A stretch of 48,687 nt of DNA from an uncultured Bacilli bacterium. Its GTDB lineage: Bacteria > Bacillota_I > Bacilli_A > RF39 > UBA660. The DNA is taken from positions 1 to 48,687 of the forward strand of contig CALVWP010000005.1 in assembly GCA_944367495.1 (NCBI GenBank). The letters run 5' to 3'. Position numbers and translations under genes: made by a program. Numbering within the stretch: position 1 is the first letter of the stretch; every line of letters starts with the position of its first letter. Under the pieces are notes generated by a model that had not been told where the DNA came from, did no database searches, and saw only the letters and a list, made by a program, of their open reading frames with translations. Below are positions 39,473 to 46,508 of this stretch, one piece after another.

Positions 39473-40579
39473 GTGCCTACCAATTTCATCATTCTTAAAA
39501 TATTTAATACTATCTTCAAAATCTCGAAGTTCTTCATCTGTCATGTTCAAAAAGCCCCTATACATTGTTTCAATTGAACTACTAATTTCTTTATTACTGT
39601 TTAAAACATTAATTAATTTTTTCACTTCTAACAGTTCATCTACTGTTAATCCTTTCAAAGAATCCATAATTTGATTTTTTAAAATCGTCTTCTTACCAAG
39701 ACCTCTTCTTCTAATTTTCTTAGGTTCAGTTATATTAACTGGTAAACTTTCTTTATTAAAAATCTCTGGTGCATCAACCTCTAAAGGCTGAATTTTTTTA
39801 AACACACCTTCATCTAATCCTTCAGGAAATAATTCCTCTATCTCATCATCATTAACTACTGGTTCTCTATTTAAAATTCTCATTATTTCCACTAAAATAT
39901 TATTACTATCATTAAAAATTTCCTCTCTTTTTTTTGGCATATTAACCATATCTTTTAAATCGTTAATTTGCCTACTAAGCTTTGATAATCTAAATTTTAA
40001 ATTATCTACCATCTTCTGATTGTTATTATCTTTTTTTATCTCAACCCCAACAACACATAAAATATTATCTTTAAGCATCGTCGTAAAAATCCTCACTTGA
40101 TAACCTTTAAATTCTAAAACTTTAAAAGGAAAATTATTATTCGTATAAAATTTCGCTTTCGTATTATCAGCCATATCAACACCATATATTGCATTTTCTA
40201 AAGTCTTCTTAACCTCACCATAAACTTCCTCTGGTATACTCTTCAAATCAGCTAAAAAATATGGTTTGCCAGCTGGAGTTTTTGCAAAAACTAACTGATG
40301 AACAACTTCTCTTTTTTCTTCTTTATTTTCTCCTTTAATATATTTCACGCAGTACATTAACTTTTCTTCCAAATCATGTATATCACTATCAAGTTCATGA
40401 TTGTCATTTTCACTATTTAATTCTCTTAAAGTTTTAATATTTTCTGCCAAAGCATCGCAAATTTTATTTATTTTAATATCTGCATTATATTCACTTAACT
40501 TAGGTAAAACACCATCCAGCTCATCTAGCGAACTTGTTTCAATTTTAGCCACATAAGCCTTAACTTCCTCTTCCGTCAT
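39467..40579 (-). CDS. Hypothetical 370-aa protein with a central RelE/gp49-like segment
   Basis: Central KVLEFKGYQVRIFTTMLKDNILCVVGVEIKKDN resembles the beta-core of RelE/ParE/phage gp49 toxins. It is flanked by acidic helical regions. The match is weak and by eye only. Confidence 0.4.
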   Translation of the reverse strand: MTEEEVKAYVAKIETSSLDELDGVLPKLSEYNADIKINKICDALAENIKTLRELNSENDNHELDSDIHDLEEKLMYCVKYIKGENKEEKREVVHQLVFAKTPAGKPYFLADLKSIPEEVYGEVKKTLENAIYGVDMADNTKAKFYTNNNFPFKVLEFKGYQVRIFTTMLKDNILCVVGVEIKKDNNNQKMVDNLKFRLSKLSRQINDLKDMVNMPKKREEIFNDSNNILVEIMRILNREPVVNDDEIEELFPEGLDEGVFKKIQPLEVDAPEIFNKESLPVNITEPKKIRRRGLGKKTILKNQIMDSLKGLTVDELLEVKKLINVLNSNKEISSSIETMYRGFLNMTDEELRDFEDSIKYFKNDEIGRHK

Positions 40580-40655
40580 ACTATCACCACTATAATGGTA
40601 TCATCTATCAAAATAAAATGCAATAAACTTATCTTATAAGTATCCTTCAAAACCT

Positions 40656-41085
40656 TTAATTTTTCAGTAAATTATAACAATTTCCCCACTTTAAATGGCC
40701 TTTATAACTATTTATAATTTGTAAAGCTTTTCTTTCATCCACCTTACCCATTTTTATAACCCTCATTTTTCTTTTAAACCGCTTCTTTGTGTCTTTCCTA
40801 ACTTTCATAATAATTTTATTATTCCAAATATAAAACCTAAATCCTAAAAAACCTATACCCTCTTTACTGACATTAATAATTTTCGTTTTCTTATTTAATT
40901 TTAACTTATATTTACTAACCATTTCCTCTATTTTCTTTAAACAATACTTTAAATATTTCTTGTCAGAGGAAAGTAATAAACCGTCATCCATATACCTTAT
41001 GTAATATTTAATGTGTAATTTTTCTTTAATAAAATGATCCAATTCATTTAAATAAAATACCGCCATGATTTGACTAGTCATATTC
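40656..41085 (-). pseudogene. DGR reverse transcriptase, C-terminal fragment (split by RIT insertion)
   Basis: Begins ..IGN-MTSQIMAVFYLNELDH (RT motif 4, SQ). Contains RYMDDGLLL (YxDD catalytic motif) and a thumb-like C-terminus. The frame continues from 44539 once 41092..44542 is removed. Confidence 0.88.
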
Positions 41086-41115
41086 CCTATATTATGTAAA
41101 TCTTTACATAAAATT

Positions 41116-41193
41116 GGTTATAGCAACTAAAATATTATAGAAAGTAATATGTGAGAAAGCTTATATTTACAAGAATTTATTTTATTAATTTTT
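41116..41193. repeat. RIT terminal inverted repeat, left
   Basis: GGTTATAGCAACTAAAATATTATAGAAAGTAATATGTGAGAAAGCTTATATTTACAAGAATTTATTTTATTAATTTTT is the exact reverse complement of 44461..44538. Confidence 0.9.
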
Positions 41194-41251
41194 GCATAAT
41201 ATTATTGCATTTTTTTAATAATTTTGAAAATACTAGTTTTAGGTGAATTTT

Positions 41252-42475
41252 ATGGAACGATTAAATTTGAAAGATTTATTGAACCGAGCTGAAAAAATTT
41301 TAAGAGAAAAAAAATATAGTGAGAGTACAATTCAAGATTATAAGTATGTTTGGAAAAAATTTTATAATATATGTGAATTATGTAATATAAAATATTTCGA
41401 TTTAGAATTGGCAAAAAAATTTTTAAAAATATATTATAATATTGATTTAAAAAATGGAAAAGGAAGATTATATACAAGAAGAATGCGTAGTATATATGTA
41501 TTAGATTCTATTGATAGGAATAAACCAATAAAAAATTTTAGACCTAAAGTAGAAAAAAGGTTACCAGAAGAATTTAATGATATTTTTTATGAATATGATG
41601 AATATTTAAAATCTAATTATTCTTATAATACTATAATGGCAAGTGAGAAAGTATTAGTTGATTTTTTTAAATATTTAAAACAAAATAATATAAATTCAAT
41701 AGAAAATATAGCAATTCAAAATATATATAATTTTGTAAATTCTATTAATACTCAAAAATATTCCTTAAATACAATATATGAAATTAAATATAAATTAAAA
41801 AATTTTTTTAAATATTTATATAATAATCATAAATATAAATTTGATGGAACTGATATTTTTCCAAAAATTGCAAAATTTGAAAGAAGTAAATTGCCATCTT
41901 ATTATACAATAGATGAAATAAATCAAATTTTAAAACAAGTAGATAGAAATACAAAAAAAGGAAAACGAGATTTTGCAATTCTTTTATTAGCAATTGTATA
42001 TGGATTAAGAAACTCAGATATTGTACATTTAAAAAAAGAAAATATTTTATGGAATGAAAATAAAATTGAGTTAGTTCAATATAAAACTAAAAGATTATTA
42101 GAATTACCTTTAACTGAAAATGTGAAATATTCATTATTAGATTATTTAAAAAATGCAAGACCAAAAATTAACACACCATATATTTTTTTACCAACAAAAC
42201 CACCTTATACTTATACTGATATGAAAAATTATTCTTCATTATATAAATCAGCTGAACAATATATAAATAAAGCAGGTATAGATGTAAAGAATAGAAAAAG
42301 AGGATTACATTCATTAAGACATAGTCTTGCATCTAATATGTTAAAAAATAACATTGAAATATCAACAATTTCAGGAGTCTTAGGTCATAGTAACATCAAT
42401 GTTACAAATATATACTTAAACATAAGTGAAAATCAGTTGAGAAAACTTGCATTGGAGGTTCCAAAATATGAATAG
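41252..42475 (+). CDS. Tyrosine recombinase, RIT subunit A-like
   Basis: Catalytic residues: R (YGLRNSD), HSLRHS, GHSNINVTNIY. Start at ATG 41252 after AGGTGA. Confidence 0.85.
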   Translation: MERLNLKDLLNRAEKILREKKYSESTIQDYKYVWKKFYNICELCNIKYFDLELAKKFLKIYYNIDLKNGKGRLYTRRMRSIYVLDSIDRNKPIKNFRPKVEKRLPEEFNDIFYEYDEYLKSNYSYNTIMASEKVLVDFFKYLKQNNINSIENIAIQNIYNFVNSINTQKYSLNTIYEIKYKLKNFFKYLYNNHKYKFDGTDIFPKIAKFERSKLPSYYTIDEINQILKQVDRNTKKGKRDFAILLLAIVYGLRNSDIVHLKKENILWNENKIELVQYKTKRLLELPLTENVKYSLLDYLKNARPKINTPYIFLPTKPPYTYTDMKNYSSLYKSAEQYINKAGIDVKNRKRGLHSLRHSLASNMLKNNIEISTISGVLGHSNINVTNIYLNISENQLRKLALEVPKYE

Positions 42476-43430
42476 TAATAACTTTATAGGACCTTTTAAA
42501 AATGTTGCTCCATTATATATTGAATATAAAAAAAGTTTAGGATTTGAGGCTAAGTCAGAATATAATGAATTGAAAAAATTAGATAGATATTTTTATAATA
42601 AAGGAATTAATGAAGTAAAACTTACAAAAGATATGGCAGAAGAATACGGAATTTTAAGAGAAAATGAATCTCCTAAAACTCAAGCCAAGCGATTATCTAT
42701 ATTAAAACAATTTGCTGTATATTTGCAAAAAATAGGATATTCAGATGTATATGTACATCACATAAAGCCTAATAAAATTGATTCCAAATTTAAACCATAT
42801 ATCTATTCAGAAAAAGATTTAAATATGATATTTGAATATTTAGACAAGCACCAATATGATACTAATTCAATATTTAATCGCGTTTTACCAATATTAATTA
42901 GAATACTATATGGGACTGGGCTTAGAAAAGGTGAAGTTATTAATTTAAAAAATGAAGACGTAGATCTGAATAAAAACATTATAACTATTTATAATGGCAA
43001 AGAAAATGTTACAAGAATAGTTCCAATCTCAGAAAGTCTTTCAGAATCAATTAAAATATACAAATCGAAATTTTTATGTAATAATCAATATTTTTTATGT
43101 GATTCTAAAGGAAATAAAATCAATTATCATATTACAGAATATTTTCAAAAAATATTAAAAAAAATAAATATATTGCGACCAGATGGGACTCCTCCAAGAT
43201 TTCACGATTTTAGATTTACATTTGCAGTAAATGCATTAGAAAAAATGGATAATAGTGGACAAGACTTATATACAACATTGCCTATTTTAAGTAAATATTT
43301 GGGACATAAAAATATAGAAGCAACAGAATATTATTTATTGTTAGCTAAAGATTATTTCGTTAATATAACTGATAAAGAGGAAAAATATTATAATGATTTT
43401 AAATTTATTAAGGATGATGAAAATGAATAA
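42468..43430 (+). CDS. Tyrosine recombinase, RIT subunit B-like
   Basis: R (GTGLRKGE), HDFRFT, GHKNIEATEYY. Start at ATG 42468 after GGAGG, in an ATGAATAG overlap with the upstream stop. Confidence 0.85.
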   Translation: MNSNNFIGPFKNVAPLYIEYKKSLGFEAKSEYNELKKLDRYFYNKGINEVKLTKDMAEEYGILRENESPKTQAKRLSILKQFAVYLQKIGYSDVYVHHIKPNKIDSKFKPYIYSEKDLNMIFEYLDKHQYDTNSIFNRVLPILIRILYGTGLRKGEVINLKNEDVDLNKNIITIYNGKENVTRIVPISESLSESIKIYKSKFLCNNQYFLCDSKGNKINYHITEYFQKILKKINILRPDGTPPRFHDFRFTFAVNALEKMDNSGQDLYTTLPILSKYLGHKNIEATEYYLLLAKDYFVNITDKEEKYYNDFKFIKDDENE

Positions 43431-44439
43431 AAAGGAATTAGATTATTATTTACAAAGGTTTTTAGATATTGAATTAAAAAAAAGTATTAATGTTTCTGAA
43501 AATACTATTATTTCGTATAAATTTGCTTTCATATCGCTTTTAGAATTTATTATTAAAAATTATAATAAAAATATTAAAGATATAAAAATTGAAACAATAA
43601 ATAAAAAAGTTATTATAGAATATTTAAATTATTTAGAATTAGTAAAGAAAAATTCTATTTCAACTAGAAATCAAAGATTAGCGGCAATAAAATCTTTTTA
43701 TAATTATTTAGCACTTGAAGAAATTGAATATTTGCCACTATGCAATGATATTCTTTCAATAAAAACAAAAAAAAGCAATCACAAAACAGTAAAATATTTA
43801 TCAAAAGAAGGTGTAAAAGAAATATTATCTTTACCAAACACTTCGACTAAGCAAGGTATTAGAGATTTAGCTATATTAACTTTATTATATGATTCTGGAG
43901 CAAGAGTTCAAGAATTAATAACGTTAAACATATGTGATTTAAATTTAAAAAATAAAACATTAAATTTATATGGCAAAGGAAGAAAAAATCGTACAATACC
44001 TTTATTAAGACAAACAATAAAAATTTTAGAAAAATATATTAAAATCTATAAGATGAATTTTAATAGCCCTAGTTTGTTATTTTTTAATAGTAAAAAAGAA
44101 GCTCTATCAAGAATGGGTGTAACTTATATAATAAATAAATATGTAAAAATAGCTAAAAAAAAGAACCCAATAGAATTTCAAATAAAAGTAACACCACATA
44201 TTTTTAGACATTCTAAAGCAATGCATCTTTTAGAAAGTGGAGTGAACCTAATATATATTAGAGATTTTTTAGGTCACGAAAGTGTAACAACTACAGAAAT
44301 TTATGCTAAAGCAAATCCTGAGATAAAAAGAAAAGCAATAGAAACAAATTCAAAAGAACTTTCAAAAACGATTCAATTTTCAGATAAAGAAAAAAAAGAT
44401 TTATTATGGTGGCTTAAAAATTCTTTAAAAGAAAATTAA
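43423..44439 (+). CDS. Tyrosine recombinase, RIT subunit C-like
   Basis: R (SGARVQE), HIFRHS, GHESVTTTEIY. Start at ATG 43423, in an ATGAATAA overlap with the upstream stop. Confidence 0.85.
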   Translation: MNKKELDYYLQRFLDIELKKSINVSENTIISYKFAFISLLEFIIKNYNKNIKDIKIETINKKVIIEYLNYLELVKKNSISTRNQRLAAIKSFYNYLALEEIEYLPLCNDILSIKTKKSNHKTVKYLSKEGVKEILSLPNTSTKQGIRDLAILTLLYDSGARVQELITLNICDLNLKNKTLNLYGKGRKNRTIPLLRQTIKILEKYIKIYKMNFNSPSLLFFNSKKEALSRMGVTYIINKYVKIAKKKNPIEFQIKVTPHIFRHSKAMHLLESGVNLIYIRDFLGHESVTTTEIYAKANPEIKRKAIETNSKELSKTIQFSDKEKKDLLWWLKNSLKEN

Positions 44440-44460
44440 TATTTTTAATAAATATTATGT

Positions 44461-44538
44461 AAAAATTAATAAAATAAATTCTTGTAAATATAAGCTTTCT
44501 CACATATTACTTTCTATAATATTTTAGTTGCTATAACC
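44461..44538. repeat. RIT terminal inverted repeat, right
   Basis: Exact reverse complement of 41116..41193. About 10 further bp inward match with one mismatch. Confidence 0.9.
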
Positions 44539-45231
44539 TATAGGAAGTCCCTTACCTTTTTCGTATAATGGAATATTTTCTATCTCTTTAATCACTTTCT
44601 TATAATGATTATTTAAAATATTCATATTTTGCACTTTATTTAACTCTTTATCTTTTAAAAACTGTATTTCCCCATTAACATAATCCATATCAGTCGATTT
44701 TATTATTTTCCAAATAATATTTAAACTATCTTTATCTTTTATCTTTGTTTTTAATAAATCAAATAAAATTTCATGATCAATACTATAAAAATATTTACTT
44801 ATATCAAATTTCAAAGCATAAATAGTATTCCCCTTTAATTCATTTAAATATTTCTTTAAATATCTAATTCCATAGTGCGTTCCCTTATTTTTTCTAGTAG
44901 CTACATTCGTATCAATCAAACATTTATCTAAAACCGGTAATAAAATCTTATCAGCTACCACATGATTAATTAACTTATCACTAATATTTTGACTCATTAT
45001 AATTCTATATTTTGGCTCTTTAATTAAAAATATATTATACTTACTAGGCATATAATTTTTATCATTAATTATTTTTTTAACTCTAGCTAAATTAACCGAA
45101 TAAAAATCTTCAAACTTTCTTATTTTAACTTTATTCTTAGTATTAACTCTTATTTGCCTTAAATAAACTCTCTTAATATCTTCAAAAGTAATACTATCAT
45201 ATAACTTTCTTTTCATATTTAATCCATCCAT
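44524..45231 (-). pseudogene. DGR reverse transcriptase, N-terminal fragment (frame runs into the RIT repeat and stops)
   Basis: RT motifs 1-3 (EPKYRIIMSQNISDKLINHVV, ATRKNKGTHYG, ALKFDISKYFYSIDH). Native sequence ends ...KGLPIG at 44539. The last residues YSN and the stop are encoded by the RIT inverted repeat. Confidence 0.88.
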
Positions 45232-45541
45232 AAAGTAATCTTAAAATATCAAGTAAATGCAGACTAACCTTTTGATATTTTTTATATGAAATATATTTCT
45301 TATCACAAGATACTTTCAAATAAAAATCAAGCATCTTAATTTTTACAATAGCCTTAAATTGATATTTTTTTCTTTTATCTCTAAACTCGTTAGCCATATA
45401 TAAAATTTCTAATAAATCATAAAGCTCTTCTCTAATCTTATCTTTTAATACCCTCTCATTACTCGGAAAATTAACAACAATCTTATCTAAATATAAAATA
45501 GTTTTCTTTAACTCGGTTATAATATTTAAACTATCTTTCAT
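45197..45541 (-). CDS. avd: DGR accessory variability determinant (Avd-like four-helix-bundle protein)
   Basis: 114 aa, basic and all-helical. FPSNERVLKDKIREELYDLLEILYMANE pattern. Sits directly upstream of the RT and overlaps it, as Avd genes typically do. Confidence 0.75.
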   Translation of the reverse strand: MKDSLNIITELKKTILYLDKIVVNFPSNERVLKDKIREELYDLLEILYMANEFRDKRKKYQFKAIVKIKMLDFYLKVSCDKKYISYKKYQKVSLHLLDILRLLYGWIKYEKKVI

Positions 45542-45942
45542 ATGATCTCTTCAATAGCCTCCAAAATAATACTTATCTTAGAAGTATCTTTCAAAACCAT
45601 AAGTTTTTCACATATCCTATCAATCCTAACACTAATACTATCATCACATCTAACATATTTATCATAATTATTGTTATTAAATTTCTTTTTAGTAATATTT
45701 ACACCCTCAACAATCAAATAATTAATCTTAAAACATTTAAGTTTATCAGTAACTTTGTTATAAGCAATCAAAGGAAAACCAACTCTTCTAACACCACCAA
45801 CCTCTTTAATCTTATAATCAAATAAATTATTCATTAAATAAGTATCTTCACCATAAGTTTCATAAAAATTCCCAACTTTAATTAAAATAACATACTTGTC
45901 GTATTTTTTCTTCTTTTCACTGTAAATATCATAAATTTTCAT
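45538..45942 (-). CDS. MutS domain I-like (mismatch-binding-domain-only) DGR accessory protein
   Basis: YVILIKVGNFYETYGEDTYLMNNLFDYKIKEVGG..VRRVGFPLIAYNKVTDKL aligns by eye with E. coli MutS [51 protein letters not shown]. The Phe-x-Glu motif (FYE) is retained. ATGA overlap with avd. Confidence 0.65.
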   Translation of the reverse strand: MKIYDIYSEKKKKYDKYVILIKVGNFYETYGEDTYLMNNLFDYKIKEVGGVRRVGFPLIAYNKVTDKLKCFKINYLIVEGVNITKKKFNNNNYDKYVRCDDSISVRIDRICEKLMVLKDTSKISIILEAIEEII

Positions 45943-45956
45943 AAAACATCCCTCCC

Positions 45957-45997
45957 ATAAAAAAGCAATACCAAATAATCAAATAAAGGTATTGCTT
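45957..45997 (-). terminator. Terminator/attenuator-like hairpin between the TR region and the accessory genes
   Basis: Minus strand AAGCAATACC, 15-nt loop, GGTATTGCTT, then TTTTAT, immediately followed by RBS GGGAGGG and ATG 45942. Confidence 0.45.
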
Positions 45998-46229
45998 AAA
46001 TTTAAAAATATAGGTTTTATCATATCATATCTTTTTCGAAATTTCTAAAATTATAATTTACATATTCCATCATAATTATAACTCTTTCCTACTAAAGTTA
46101 TCTCTGACTATATTTAGTTTTTAGTCAGTAATTTTATTAAGGATATATGAAACCCTAATTACTAACAAGGAATAACACTTATTCTCTAATCTTTTCTTTA
46201 TGACCATATTAGTTCATAAACCATAGTGC

Positions 46230-46339
46230 TTTAGAGAGTTGGCGGGAAGAACCGCATTAGTATTATTCGCGTTGTTGTTGTTCAAATTGCCGTTGCTGTT
46301 CACATTAAAGACGTTGTTAGAATTACTGGCATTAGGCGA
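46230..46339 (-). repeat. DGR template repeat (TR)
   Basis: 110 bp. The coding-strand reading encodes SPNASNSNNVFNVNSNGNLNNNNANNTNAVLPANSL (15 AAY codons, 33 adenines in the variable part). Collinear with VR2 and VR1. The 3' end (IMH*) GCGGTTCTTCCCGCCAACTCTCTAAA differs from the VR IMH at 4 positions. Confidence 0.92.
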
Positions 46340-46362
46340 ATAAAACTAACAAAAAGTCCCAC

Positions 46363-46508
46363 ATTACTAGCATTATCCCTAAAAATTCGTGTCAATTGCT
46401 TGATGATCCAAGCAATTGACAATCCCTTGCGAGGTCTCGTTTTCACTCGCCCCGCTTTCCAAAACTCCAAAGGAGTTTTGCTTATGTGAAAAACTTTCAT
46501 TTATCACC
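46363..46508 (-). repeat. Conserved 146-nt post-VR module, copy 2, with hairpins at 46391..46420 and 46460..46480
   Basis: Identical to 13653..13798 apart from the two hairpin loops (GATGATCC vs AGATCATC; AAA vs TTT). Confidence 0.9.

Larger units (their letters stand above)
41092..44536 (+). mobile_element. Recombinase-in-trio (RIT) element inserted in the DGR RT gene
   Basis: Three co-directional, overlapping tyrosine recombinase genes between perfect 78-bp inverted repeats. A 6-bp direct repeat CCTATA lies at 41086..41091 and 44537..44542. Confidence 0.8.

Noticed and set aside
41092-41115. Palindrome TTATGTAAA-TC-TTTACATAA as a chromosomal dif/Xer site
   Set aside because: The 2-nt spacer and the sequence do not fit the 11-6-11 dif architecture. 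The palindrome lies inside a disrupted gene at the edge of a mobile element. I treat it as part of the RIT end; see the findings.
40656-45231. Whether the split RT could be a retron, a group II intron or an Abi-type RT and not a DGR RT
   Set aside because: An adjacent Avd-like gene, an AAY-rich template repeat, two adenine-specifically diverged VRs and the IG(N)xxSQ motif all point to a DGR. I saw no intron RNA domains, maturase/En domains or msr/msd-like repeats.
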